Notes under the pieces: model-generated | The model's database searches: none | Told to the model about the DNA's origin: nothing | Seen by the model: the letters and a program-made list of their open reading frames with translations, nothing else | Source: a virus | Virus record (IMG/VR): IMGVR_UViG_3300010157_000059 | Coordinates: 1 to 64,000 of that record | Strand: one strand, 5' to 3' | DNA length: 64,000 nucleotides | Position numbers and translations under genes: made by a program | Shown: piece by piece, positions 37,579 through 47,088 of the stretch | Numbering within the stretch: position 1 is the stretch's first letter | How the letters are laid out: each line of letters begins with the position of its first letter

Positions 37579-39558
37579 ATGAAAAACATAGTACTTACTA
37601 CCGATCAACTTCAAGAAGTGGTCGATGCCTACTCGCAAGTAGATGAATTTGTATTTGACGTAGAAACCATGGGAGAAAACCGTGGGGATCCTCGTCAGAA
37701 CCCTGTTGTATGGATTGCTTTGGCCACAGAAGGCCGAGTAGATGTAATTCCTATGGGGCACCCTAACGGCACATATGTGCGCACTGATTACCCTTTGCTT
37801 CCCTCTGCTAAATTGCGACAGTCTAAAGGCATGCTCTTACGTCCACAGGACTACAGCAAAGATGAGCGCAAAGCTACTAAAGTATTCACAGAAGCGCCTG
37901 AGCAGTTAACCCCAGGGGAAGTTTTTAAATCTCTTAAGCCTTTATTTATGAGTGACAAAGTAAAGGTAGGCCATAACGTAAAGTTTGACCTGCAGTCTAT
38001 TTCTAAATACATTGGTGGACTACCGGCACCTACGTTTGCTTGCACCCTTAATGCCGCTTTCATTATTAATAATGAGCACCGTATCAATCTTGGGCTTGCT
38101 GATTGCCTAAAACGTGAGTTTGGCTACGAGATGGTCAAGGGTGTAGGTAAAGAAATTGAAGCGCATAGCTTTGAGGATGTTGCTACTTACGCTGGGTTAG
38201 ATGCTGAATGGACATGGAAGCTGTGGAAGAAACTAGAGTCCCGTCTTAAAGAAGACCGTTTGTCTAAACTCTTTGCTTTAGAAATGGATGTATTAGAAGT
38301 AATCTGTAACATGGAACTTCGTGGTGCAGACATTGATGTATCAGCATTGTCTAAGTTGAAGACAGACATTGAGTTTCAATTAGAAGATTGCAAAGGGCGT
38401 ATTTATAAGTCTGCCGGTAAGTCTTTTAACATTAATAGTGTTAAGGAAAAGCAAATTCTACTTTATACCCCAAAAACAGAGGGAGGCCGAGGCCTAAAGC
38501 CAAAAGTTCCCACTACTAATGGTGAGAAAAAGATCAACCAAGGACAGGCCACTACGGTGTCTGACTTCTCTGTTTCGGAGCCAGCATTAAAAGCATACGC
38601 AGGCAAAGACGATCTTGTAGATGGGTTGCTTGAGTACTCTGACCTTAATAAGTTGCTTACTACATATGTAATCCCATACTTAGGTGGAGATATTACCCGT
38701 ACATTGGCCGGTAAGAGCAAAGTAGTTGCTAAGAAGAGTTTGTTATTAAAAGGGCGGATTCATACTGACTTTGTACAGTATGGGACAGAGACTGGTCGTT
38801 TTAGTAGCCGTAATCCTAATCTTCAAAACGTTCCGGCCCCACATACCTCTAACGGCAAAGCAATTCGTAATTTATTTATTGCCCCCGAAGGCCATTCTTT
38901 AGTGGTAGCTGACTATTCTCAGATTGAGCCACGAGTCATTGCTTCTTTCTCTAAAGACCGCATTATGTGTGGGTCTTACCTAGATGGTGGAGATATTTAT
39001 ACTACTGTTGGTGACACGATGGGTGTGGACCGTAAAGCTGGCAAGGTGTTAGTATTGGCTATGGCATACGGCGTAGGTCCAGATAAGATTGCAGAGCAAA
39101 TTGGGTGTACACCTAGGGAAGCTAAAGATCTGCTAGACAACTTTGTTAAGAAGTTCCCAGCAGTAGGTCGATACAAGCGCACTGTTATAACTCAAAGTCG
39201 TAACCAAACTCCTGTACCATATGCTTCTACTATCTTAAAGCGTCGCAGGTATCTTCCTGATCTTCGTTCAAGTGAGATTTGGAAGCGTTCACGTGCAGAA
39301 CGTCAAGCGTTTAACACTGTTATTCAAGGGTCTGCTGCAGACCTTATTAAAGTAGCAATGGTTCGCGCTAACCGAATGATTCCAAAAGAATCTAATTTAA
39401 TACTTACTGTGCACGATGAACTTGTCACAGTTACCCCTAATCATTTATTAGAGGAAACTGCTGAGGCAATTCGTTCAGCAATGGAGGGAATCAATGTGCT
39501 TAGTATTCCATTACTAGCCGATGTAACAACTGTAGAAAGGTGGGGAGACGCAAAATGA
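37579..39558 (+). CDS. polA: Family A DNA polymerase with 3'-5' exonuclease
   Basis: Exo motifs DVET, HNVKFD, YAGLD; TGRFSS.NPNLQN, DYSQIE, K...L...YG, VHDE. Confidence 0.95.
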   Translation: MKNIVLTTDQLQEVVDAYSQVDEFVFDVETMGENRGDPRQNPVVWIALATEGRVDVIPMGHPNGTYVRTDYPLLPSAKLRQSKGMLLRPQDYSKDERKATKVFTEAPEQLTPGEVFKSLKPLFMSDKVKVGHNVKFDLQSISKYIGGLPAPTFACTLNAAFIINNEHRINLGLADCLKREFGYEMVKGVGKEIEAHSFEDVATYAGLDAEWTWKLWKKLESRLKEDRLSKLFALEMDVLEVICNMELRGADIDVSALSKLKTDIEFQLEDCKGRIYKSAGKSFNINSVKEKQILLYTPKTEGGRGLKPKVPTTNGEKKINQGQATTVSDFSVSEPALKAYAGKDDLVDGLLEYSDLNKLLTTYVIPYLGGDITRTLAGKSKVVAKKSLLLKGRIHTDFVQYGTETGRFSSRNPNLQNVPAPHTSNGKAIRNLFIAPEGHSLVVADYSQIEPRVIASFSKDRIMCGSYLDGGDIYTTVGDTMGVDRKAGKVLVLAMAYGVGPDKIAEQIGCTPREAKDLLDNFVKKFPAVGRYKRTVITQSRNQTPVPYASTILKRRRYLPDLRSSEIWKRSRAERQAFNTVIQGSAADLIKVAMVRANRMIPKESNLILTVHDELVTVTPNHLLEETAEAIRSAMEGINVLSIPLLADVTTVERWGDAK

Positions 39559-39965
39559 GTTTCTTTAACCGTAAGAAAAAGAATAAATTAACTGTTACCG
39601 CAATACCGCCACAAGTATTGATTCGTAAAATTATTTACGATAGTGGTTGTAGTGACCCAGAAGCTGTAGCAGTTGCACTTGGGTTATCGCCTGTTTCAGA
39701 AGAGGTAGCCGAAATGGAAGAGCAAGCAAGTTTTGACCGAGTTGCACGAATCGCAGCTTTGCTACCAATACTAGAAGCGCACGCACACATTGCAGCACAA
39801 GTTGCCGCAGCATCTTATACAACAGACTTAGAGGGCGTAGAGTTACCAGAAGAAGTATTGGGGGCATTAGTTACTATCTTTAAGTTTGTTTCTTTTGCCT
39901 CTGCAATGACTTGCTTATCGTCATTAGTAGATATGAACATTCTTAATGAAAAGTATCGATCATGA
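39555..39965 (+). CDS. Hypothetical protein
   Basis: ATGA overlap with the polymerase stop. Confidence 0.6.
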   Translation: MSFFNRKKKNKLTVTAIPPQVLIRKIIYDSGCSDPEAVAVALGLSPVSEEVAEMEEQASFDRVARIAALLPILEAHAHIAAQVAAASYTTDLEGVELPEEVLGALVTIFKFVSFASAMTCLSSLVDMNILNEKYRS

Positions 39966-40363
39966 GCGATTGGTGGTCTCGTAAATTAGGAGAGCCTACT
40001 CCACAAGTTCCTCAACGTAGTGGTCTTCCTCCTACAAATAACCCAACTATCTCTGTGCGTTACGTACCAGAGGGCAATGTAACAGCTACTCCAGTTGCAT
40101 ACGATAGAGACTCAGACCAGCTAATGACTAAGTCTCAAGCAGCTAAACAAGTAGAGACTTGTCCTAACTGTTACTCAGGCAACTACTTTGCTCCAATGGG
40201 AACTCAACGTAAGCGTTGCTATGACTGTGGGTATCCAATCCTTCAACAAGGCACTGGCGCAGGCATGCCCGGTGGCTCAGCCGGAGGTCCCTCAACACCT
40301 TCAAAACAAGTTTCACAAGGTGGGGGATATAACCCCAACATAATCGTAGACAGGATCGGGTAA
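39962..40363 (+). CDS. Zn-ribbon hypothetical protein
   Basis: CPNC...CYDCGYP. Confidence 0.65.
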   Translation: MSDWWSRKLGEPTPQVPQRSGLPPTNNPTISVRYVPEGNVTATPVAYDRDSDQLMTKSQAAKQVETCPNCYSGNYFAPMGTQRKRCYDCGYPILQQGTGAGMPGGSAGGPSTPSKQVSQGGGYNPNIIVDRIG

Positions 40364-41418
40364 TGATGGCATTAAACCCAGAAGTACTAAAAGTAGTTGC
40401 ACTTCTTAATAAGAAGCTAGGCCCAGGCACTGTTATTAAAGCAAGCGACGCACAACTTCCTACTCGTATTACTACAGGATCTCTTACTTTAGATGTTGTA
40501 CTAGGAGGGGGATGGCCAGTAAACCAATGGACTGAAATTATTGGTGAGGCGTCTAATGGTAAGACCGCTATTGCTCTTAAAACTGTTGCAGCTAATCAAG
40601 CTAAAGATCCAGACTTTACTACCGTATGGATTGCTGCAGAGCCTTTTGATGTTGGTTATGCGCAAATGTGCGGCATTGATACTGACCGTGTATTTGTAGT
40701 ATCAACAAATATTATGGAAGAAGCATATGAGGCTGCAATTCAATTCTGCGAGTCTAAAGCTGTTGATCTTATTGTTATTGATTCCCTTCCCGCTTTAGTT
40801 CCAACAGCAGAAGATGATAAGAACATGGATGAGATGACAGTAGGACGTGGAGCTTTGCTTACCAATAAGTTTTTCCGCAAGGTTTCTAAAGCCACTAAGC
40901 GTTCTCTCATTGAAAGCGAACGCGGGATTACTTGCCTATTGATTAACCAGTTCCGTATGAAGATTGGGGTAATGCATGGTGACCCCCGTACTACTCCAGG
41001 TGGCTTAGGAAAAGATTATGCTATGGCTATTCGCGTAGAAGTAAAGCGTGATGACTGGCTAGAAGTCGGTGTTGGAGAAGGCAAACGCCGTTGTGGTCAG
41101 ACTATCCGTGTACGTACGATTAAGAACAAGACATTCCCACCACAGCAAACTGCATATCTAGATTTTTGGTTTGCAGATGGTGGTCCGTTAGACGCAGGCT
41201 CTTACGACTCAGCCAAAGAGATTATTTCTCTATCTATTCTCAATGGGATCGTAGAACGTCGTGGAGGCTGGCTATACTATGAAGATAGGAAGTGGCAGGG
41301 TGCTGCTAACATGCTGGAGTCTATCCGTGAGGAACTTGATCTCAAGGATGCATTAACTAAGGAAGTAATGGATACCCTCCGTACTTCCCCACTAATCAAA
41401 ATAGAGGAAGAAGATTAA
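40363..41418 (+). CDS. recA: RecA-family recombinase
   Basis: GEASNGKT, VIDS, INQ.R.KIG, TTPGG. Confidence 0.95.
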   Translation: MMALNPEVLKVVALLNKKLGPGTVIKASDAQLPTRITTGSLTLDVVLGGGWPVNQWTEIIGEASNGKTAIALKTVAANQAKDPDFTTVWIAAEPFDVGYAQMCGIDTDRVFVVSTNIMEEAYEAAIQFCESKAVDLIVIDSLPALVPTAEDDKNMDEMTVGRGALLTNKFFRKVSKATKRSLIESERGITCLLINQFRMKIGVMHGDPRTTPGGLGKDYAMAIRVEVKRDDWLEVGVGEGKRRCGQTIRVRTIKNKTFPPQQTAYLDFWFADGGPLDAGSYDSAKEIISLSILNGIVERRGGWLYYEDRKWQGAANMLESIREELDLKDALTKEVMDTLRTSPLIKIEEED

Positions 41419-41419
41419 A

Positions 41420-41836
41420 ATGGTACTATCACGTATTACAGGAACGCAGGCATTCTCACACATGAATGTATGGCGGTTGCAACATAAGAGCATTGCTGTA
41501 GGGCATTGTCATGCAACCTGTCAGAATGCCTGGGGACTTCCCGTCAAGTACGCGTCTGCAATTGACGCGTGGAATCATGTGCCTAAAGCTCACCGCCATA
41601 TGGACCCAAAGAAAGCTCCTATTGGAGCTGTTCATTTTTGGGAGGGCGGAAATTATGGGCATGTGGCAATGCAGTCAGATAAGAAAGATGTAGTTATTAC
41701 TACCGATGCTCCTACCCCTGGCTACATTGGGTTAGAGCACATGTCTTTCTTTGAAAAGAGTTGGGGCAAGAAGTATCTTGGTTGGGCTAGCCAGTACAAC
41801 GATGTTGATCTTCAGCTCGGCAAGATGCCTAGCTAA
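41420..41836 (+). CDS. Stand-alone CHAP/NlpC-like cysteine peptidase (cell-wall hydrolase candidate)
   Basis: GHC...AWG...SAIDAW...GHVA...YLGW; paralogous to the tape-measure peptidase domain. Confidence 0.7.
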   Translation: MVLSRITGTQAFSHMNVWRLQHKSIAVGHCHATCQNAWGLPVKYASAIDAWNHVPKAHRHMDPKKAPIGAVHFWEGGNYGHVAMQSDKKDVVITTDAPTPGYIGLEHMSFFEKSWGKKYLGWASQYNDVDLQLGKMPS

Positions 41837-42210
41837 TGAAGTCGGAAGGTCAAAAGCAGTCTCTAAAGCACGAAAAGCGTTTAGAGAAAGCCCTCGGAGG
41901 CCAGCGTTCTGCTGGCTCCGGGGCCTTCTGGTCTCGTAAGGGTGATGTCAGGACTAATGACTTCTTGATTGAACACAAGTGGACAGGTAAGAAGTCTTTC
42001 ACTCTTAAATCAGATGTACTAGAAAAGATAGTTATGGAAGCTATCTTAGATAGTCGCATAGCCGCATTGGGGATATCTTTGAACGGCAAAAATTACGTGC
42101 TCTTGGAGGAACACGATTTTATTGAACTCCGAGAATTTAGAAATGAGCACGTATGTATGACGACAACGTCCCTTGGGCATGGCGATACGACGCCAAATGC
42201 AGAGGACTAG
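41836..42210 (+). CDS. PD-(D/E)XK Holliday-junction resolvase-like nuclease
   Basis: E......SGA....KGD....LIEHK. Confidence 0.75.
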   Translation: MKSEGQKQSLKHEKRLEKALGGQRSAGSGAFWSRKGDVRTNDFLIEHKWTGKKSFTLKSDVLEKIVMEAILDSRIAALGISLNGKNYVLLEEHDFIELREFRNEHVCMTTTSLGHGDTTPNAED

Positions 42211-42455
42211 ACACTGAACTTTTCTTTCCCCCCAGGGATAAGAATCTTTACGCACCCATAGCAGAAAAAGCTAAAGCAATTTGTTTTGGTTACGACGGTG
42301 AGCCGCCTTGCCCAGTCCGTAAAGACTGCCTAAAAGAGGCAATTAAAAATGACGAGCAACATGGTATCTTTGGCGGTTTGTCTCATCGTGAAAGAAACGC
42401 TATGGTTAGAAAATATAAAGATTCCGGTAAAACTTTGGATGAATGGTTGGAGTAA
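42153..42455 (+). CDS. whiB: WhiB-family transcription factor (second copy)
   Basis: AKC..FFP...C(x7)CPVR..C...GIFGG...ER. Confidence 0.9.
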   Translation: MYDDNVPWAWRYDAKCRGLDTELFFPPRDKNLYAPIAEKAKAICFGYDGEPPCPVRKDCLKEAIKNDEQHGIFGGLSHRERNAMVRKYKDSGKTLDEWLE

Positions 42456-42457
42456 AA

Positions 42458-43357
42458 ATGTCGCCTAAGCCGCAGACGATTGCAAGTAAAGAATTAAAAG
42501 CGTACCTAAATGCTAATAAAAGGGTCACACGTCTGACGGGGCCATTAGAGCGTTACATACTTACCCGTGACCCCGAATTTCGGGATCAATCATATCTACA
42601 TCCAAGTGACTTGATTAAGTCTGAATGGTGTGCACTACATGCCTATCATCAATTGACTGGCAATTATGTTGCCACCCAAGAGAAACCAACGCTTCGCTTA
42701 CAGTCAATCTTTGACGAAGGCCATGCCATCCACCACAAGTGGCAGTCATGGATCACAAAGATGGGCAACATGTACGGCCTTTGGGAATGCGTGTACTGCA
42801 ATGAATCTTTCTACGGTATTGCTCCAGATGGCTGCCAATTCTGTGATGAAGGCGGTTTAATCTACAAGGAAGTACCTTTATCGTCTGAAAAACATATGAT
42901 CCGGGGCCACTCCGATGGTTGGGTTAAAGGTTTGGGAGATGATTTCCTCATTGAAATTAAATCAATGGGGGCTGGCACAATTCGGATAGAAGCCCCAGGG
43001 CTACTAGCTGGTGCCAACGGTGACCTGGAAGCCGCGTGGAGGGCCATCAAACAGCCTTTCAGGTCACATATGCTTCAGGGTCAGGTTTACTTACACCTAT
43101 GCCACTTAATGGTAGAAGAAGGACTTGCGGAGTCCGCACCAGAGTCAATAGTATTTCTATACGAACTCAAAGCTAATCAGGACTACAAAGAGTTTGAGGT
43201 CCAGTATGACCCTGAATATGTAGCCGATGTATTTGAGAACGCTCTGGATGTAAAGTGGGCAGTTGACAACAAGCGCCCACCTGCATGTAATATAGACCCA
43301 GTCAAGGGTTGCAAGCGTTGCTCAACCTTTAGGGAGGAATCTAATGAAGTGGTCTGA
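42458..43357 (+). CDS. Cas4-like PD-(D/E)XK exonuclease
   Basis: HPS...C, G..IH, GHSDG, EIKS, Q...Y, C-terminal Cys cluster. Confidence 0.85.
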   Translation: MSPKPQTIASKELKAYLNANKRVTRLTGPLERYILTRDPEFRDQSYLHPSDLIKSEWCALHAYHQLTGNYVATQEKPTLRLQSIFDEGHAIHHKWQSWITKMGNMYGLWECVYCNESFYGIAPDGCQFCDEGGLIYKEVPLSSEKHMIRGHSDGWVKGLGDDFLIEIKSMGAGTIRIEAPGLLAGANGDLEAAWRAIKQPFRSHMLQGQVYLHLCHLMVEEGLAESAPESIVFLYELKANQDYKEFEVQYDPEYVADVFENALDVKWAVDNKRPPACNIDPVKGCKRCSTFREESNEVV

Positions 43358-43526
43358 AGTAGATAATAGCCTTGAATATGCTTGGGAAGAAACTCGTCTC
43401 CTCAAAGAGGCTATAAAAAATATTCACAAAAAAATGACGCATATCTATGGTAAAGTTGCATGCACTGAGTGCGGACAAGCTTGGCCATGTCGTACAATTC
43501 AAGCTATAGGGGATACAAATGAGTAA
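43344..43526 (+). CDS. Small Zn-binding protein (H..CxxC..PC.T family)
   Basis: IHKK...CTEC...WPCRTI; GGAGG RBS. Confidence 0.6.
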   Translation: MKWSEVDNSLEYAWEETRLLKEAIKNIHKKMTHIYGKVACTECGQAWPCRTIQAIGDTNE

Positions 43527-43998
43527 CAGTTCACACGCATTAAACTCACTCAGCACTAAGGGGTTTAAGATTCCGATTAAACCTACATACGAAATTCCAG
43601 ATCTTCCTAGGGACATTACAGAACTTGATGATGATGATCTTATGGAACTTTTTGTTACACTAACTAGTTGGACAGACTACGTTGCCCCACAAGTTGCTGT
43701 GTCAGCAATTGACGAGCGTGAGTGCGATCGTCTAGTATCTGTATTAGAGGCAACAGCCATGATTAATAATTGGAAAGGTGGTAGCGGTGATCGCATTACT
43801 ATTGCTAAAGCACATATTCTCCTCGACCCACGGGTTACGGACGCACGTAAAGAACTTGATGAAAAACATGCCTACCGAAAATTGGTAGAAACCTTGTTAC
43901 AAAATCTAGAACGCGATGCCGCATTAGTTTCTCGTGAACTAACCCGGCGTACATCAGACAATGGAGTTAAGAACCGCTCACGGAGGTACACGGTATAG
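43519..43998 (+). CDS. Helical protein, possibly a UvsY-like recombination mediator
   Basis: All-helical pattern ending VSRELTRR; context near recA. Confidence 0.4.
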   Translation: MSNSSHALNSLSTKGFKIPIKPTYEIPDLPRDITELDDDDLMELFVTLTSWTDYVAPQVAVSAIDERECDRLVSVLEATAMINNWKGGSGDRITIAKAHILLDPRVTDARKELDEKHAYRKLVETLLQNLERDAALVSRELTRRTSDNGVKNRSRRYTV

Positions 43999-44477
43999 TG
44001 AATGCAAAAATTTCAACGACTTACGCTACTAGTACTAGTAGAAGTACTATTAGTAGTTCTAGCTATAAACAGGCACAATACGCCACCGCTACTGTCGTCG
44101 CCCCAGCAGTTGATGTAAAAGGGGTTAAAGTTTTAACGGTAGAGGATGTTGAAGAGGTGGCACAGATGTTACACAATCTTTTGCAAGATTCATTAATTAC
44201 TTGTGAGGAAGATTGTTGCATTGAGGAGAGTAATAAAATAGACTTTACTGATATAAGCCTTAATATAATTAAGCTCATTACTGCCGATTACTCTATTGGT
44301 GTAGAAGAAAAACAACAATTAATGAGTAAGTTAGCAGCTACTCAACTTGACCTTAGTAACCTTAAAAAACAAATGATTATGTCTAATCATAAAGAAGCCG
44401 AGGGTTTGCACGAAAAACGGTTAAATAATTTTAAAAGCCGTAGTTATAACAACCCTTATATTGAAGAAAAGCAATGA
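43998..44477 (+). CDS. Hypothetical protein
   Basis: 159-aa ORF, GGAGG RBS, AT-rich. Confidence 0.5.
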   Translation: MNAKISTTYATSTSRSTISSSSYKQAQYATATVVAPAVDVKGVKVLTVEDVEEVAQMLHNLLQDSLITCEEDCCIEESNKIDFTDISLNIIKLITADYSIGVEEKQQLMSKLAATQLDLSNLKKQMIMSNHKEAEGLHEKRLNNFKSRSYNNPYIEEKQ

Positions 44478-45004
44478 TAATTGGGGTGTCAGGTTACGCT
44501 CAGTCCGGTAAGGATGAGATAGCTAAATTTGCTTTAGAATACGGGTTTAATCGTGCAGCTTTTGCAGATACCCTGCGGGAAGCTATTGTAGCTTTAAACC
44601 CTTTGATTGGTGTAGGGGTGCGTGCTAACGATCTTGTAATGTTAATGGGTTGGGAAAAAGCTAAACGTCTGAGCCCAGAACTACGTATGCTATTACAACG
44701 TATGGGTACAGAAGCTGGTCGTGAAATCTTTGGGGAAAACATTTGGGTTGATAAAACTCTAGGAGGGTTAGATCCTTCTAAGAACTACATCATTACCGAT
44801 GTACGCTATAAGAATGAGGCAGACGCTATCCGTAACCTAGGTGGTCAGATGTGGCGTGTAAAGCGTCCAGGCACTGGCCCAGTAAACAAGCACAAGTCTG
44901 AGGTAGACCTAGACGATTATACTTTTGACTTTACAATTAAAAATGACGGTGACTTAGAAAATCTAAAGCACCTAGTAGACAAGATGATGTTGGTAGTAGC
45001 ATGA
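44474..45004 (+). CDS. Deoxynucleoside monophosphate kinase
   Basis: GYAQSGKD, FAD.L, R.LLQ.MGTE, ITDVRY.NE, H.SE. Confidence 0.92.
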   Translation: MIIGVSGYAQSGKDEIAKFALEYGFNRAAFADTLREAIVALNPLIGVGVRANDLVMLMGWEKAKRLSPELRMLLQRMGTEAGREIFGENIWVDKTLGGLDPSKNYIITDVRYKNEADAIRNLGGQMWRVKRPGTGPVNKHKSEVDLDDYTFDFTIKNDGDLENLKHLVDKMMLVVA

Positions 45005-45258
45005 GTGACAAGATTGAAACTATTGATGTAGGCAAAGTGGATTGGAACAAGACGGCTGTTCAGTACATGGAACTAAACAAGCAAAAGACTGAAGCCATTC
45101 AGCGTGTGCGTGAATTGCATAAATCAGTTACGCAAGACAACGCTGCTTGTGGTGACATAGATTGCTGTGGCAGTTATGAAGAGTACGAACAATGTGCTGA
45201 CTGCTTTAGTGCCTACCCCTGCGACACTATCAAAGCGTTAGACGGTGAGCAGGAATGA
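45001..45258 (+). CDS. Small Zn-binding protein (RVRELHK...YPCDT family)
   Basis: RVRELHK...CADC..YPCDTIKALDGEQ. Confidence 0.7.
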   Translation: MSDKIETIDVGKVDWNKTAVQYMELNKQKTEAIQRVRELHKSVTQDNAACGDIDCCGSYEEYEQCADCFSAYPCDTIKALDGEQE

Positions 45259-45455
45259 CGATTAAAAGCGAGGGACTCGCAAAAGAATATATTCAAATGG
45301 CAAAATCTATTCATCGTGTGCGTGAACTGCATAAGCCAAGTGAAACGCTTGGAATTTGGGATGTAGTTTGTTCAGTCTGCATGGAGGGCGATGACCCTGC
45401 TGATTATGTTGAATACCCATGCGACACCATTAGAGCGTTAGACGGTGAACAGTAA
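45255..45455 (+). CDS. Small Zn-binding protein, paralogue of the previous gene
   Basis: RVRELHK...CSVC...YPCDTIRALDGEQ. Confidence 0.7.
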   Translation: MTIKSEGLAKEYIQMAKSIHRVRELHKPSETLGIWDVVCSVCMEGDDPADYVEYPCDTIRALDGEQ

Positions 45456-46000
45456 TGGGCGTTAAAGTATTTGGAGTTCCAAACCTTAAAGGCCCAGTAT
45501 GGGTTGGGGTCGATCAGTCATACTCAGGGTTTGCCATTACTGCTATAGACAAAGATGGAAACTACTACACGGAGGTAAAAAAGATTGAAGGAACTGGCGT
45601 GGAGCGTCTTCACCGGGCTCGTCTCTTTTTACTTGGGTTTCTTAGTGGGTACATGGTTGATGCGATTGCCATTGAAGGGTACGCGTTTGGGAGCCAAATG
45701 GCAAACATGGCAGGAGAACTCGGAGGAATGATCCGACTAGCATTGTTTGACAGCTATAGGTTTGTTAATGAATCCTCAGCGTTCCCACTAGTTGTTCCTC
45801 CTACTAGTCTAAAGAAGTACATCACAGGTAAAGGTACTGGCATTAAAAAAAATCAAATCTTACTATCTGTGTACAAAAAATGGGATGTAGAGTTTCACGA
45901 CGACAATGCCGCAGACTCCTATGGCCTAGCTCGCATAGTTCGTAACCAGCATGACTTTGAGTATGAAAAAGAAGTTTACGATAAGTTAACTGGCAAATAA
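45455..46000 (+). CDS. ruvC: RuvC-like Holliday junction resolvase
   Basis: VGVDQS, IEGY, KK..TGKG..K, DN.ADS. Confidence 0.85.
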   Translation: MGVKVFGVPNLKGPVWVGVDQSYSGFAITAIDKDGNYYTEVKKIEGTGVERLHRARLFLLGFLSGYMVDAIAIEGYAFGSQMANMAGELGGMIRLALFDSYRFVNESSAFPLVVPPTSLKKYITGKGTGIKKNQILLSVYKKWDVEFHDDNAADSYGLARIVRNQHDFEYEKEVYDKLTGK

Positions 46001-46055
46001 TGGTAGGGTTTCCTTGAGGGCGCTCCAATAATCGAAACCATAAGGAATACTAATC

Positions 46056-46337
46056 GTGAGCGAAACACAAGAAGAAGAAAAATTTTTGCGGGTAAGCGGT
46101 GGATCTAATCCACAAGCTGTAGGGTCTGCTATAGCCCATGCGTTATATGAAAACCCTGTAATTAAAGTTCGTGCAGTAGGTGCTTCGGCAGTAAATCAAG
46201 CTGTTAAAGCTATTGCAATTGCCCGAGGGTATGTGGCCCCAAGAGGTTTAGATTTAGTTTGTAAGCCTGGATTTACATCTGTTGACTCCAGAGAAGGCAC
46301 CATATCAGCAATTGTGTTTACAATTACTGCAAGTTAA
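46056..46337 (+). CDS. spoVS: SpoVS-family (Alba-like) protein
   Basis: LRVS..SNP.AVGSAIA...AVGA.AVNQAVKAIAIARG......L...PGF. Confidence 0.9.
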   Translation: MSETQEEEKFLRVSGGSNPQAVGSAIAHALYENPVIKVRAVGASAVNQAVKAIAIARGYVAPRGLDLVCKPGFTSVDSREGTISAIVFTITAS

Positions 46338-46403
46338 CGCTGATAATATGCCTGGTAAAGCTTACGGTTTAGGTATCAACTCTCTATTTAGAATGAGGTA
46401 AAA

Positions 46404-46772
46404 ATGGCTAATTCGTCAGAAGACGTTGACGCAGCCCTGGCCGGTATGGCACAGGTTGGTGCTCCCCGTGAGCCAATGGGTACATCTGCAATTGACACTA
46501 CTTACTACGCTTCAGGAAATACTGGTAATCAGCACCTAATGCCACGTGGTAATGTTCAAGCAGGAGACCCTACAATTTCTAACAAGGCTATCCGTCCACA
46601 GGTTATGCTTGGTGCAGATCGTATGGGCGCTAAGTACACCGTCTTTACTAACCTAGTTCAGTCAAACGCCCCAGAAGCAGGCGCAACTCAGGCAAATGGC
46701 CGCATTGTTAAAGCCTCTACAAACCGTAGCCGTGGTGGATTCGATGATGGTATGGGTACGTCTTACCTGTAA
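46404..46772 (+). CDS. Hypothetical Gly/Ala-rich protein
   Basis: GAGG RBS, codon usage like highly expressed genes, own downstream hairpin. Confidence 0.65.
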   Translation: MANSSEDVDAALAGMAQVGAPREPMGTSAIDTTYYASGNTGNQHLMPRGNVQAGDPTISNKAIRPQVMLGADRMGAKYTVFTNLVQSNAPEAGATQANGRIVKASTNRSRGGFDDGMGTSYL

Positions 46773-46791
46773 GATATAAGTAAATACATAT

Positions 46792-46820
46792 GTGAGGTAG
46801 CCCTTCGGGGCTATCTACAC
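46792..46820 (+). terminator. UUCG-tetraloop hairpin (terminator or stability element)
   Basis: AGGTAGCCC TTCG GGGCTATCT; no clear T tract. Confidence 0.55.
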
Positions 46821-46848
46821 TAATCGGGATAATAATTGGAGGTATACT

Positions 46849-47088
46849 GTGCTATCAACCGCACTTAGGGCATATAGAACTAGTAAGAAGAACGAGCGCA
46901 AGCTCTGTGTAATAGCCCAATGGGTAGAAACGCTTTTAGAAGAAGATACTTCAAGTTTTGAAGAAGCATTAACAGATTATTCTATTTCTAATAGACAATT
47001 ACTTAATATTTTAAAATCAGTGGGGGCTCCATTTAGCTTAGAAGCACTCCGTAAACACCGTAATCAGGAGTGCCCATGCCAAGCTTAG
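46849..47088 (+). CDS. Small Zn-binding hypothetical protein
   Basis: C...HR..ECPC; GGAGG RBS. Confidence 0.6.
   Translation: MLSTALRAYRTSKKNERKLCVIAQWVETLLEEDTSSFEEALTDYSISNRQLLNILKSVGAPFSLEALRKHRNQECPCQA

Noticed and set aside
42458-43357. CRISPR-Cas system suggested by the Cas4-like gene
   Set aside because: No repeat-spacer array or other cas genes; stand-alone Cas4-like nucleases are routine in phage recombination modules
44026-44041. 16-bp perfect palindrome CTACTAGTACTAGTAG
   Set aside because: Lies in a low-complexity Ser/Thr codon run (ACT/AGT), which produces such symmetry readily; single copy
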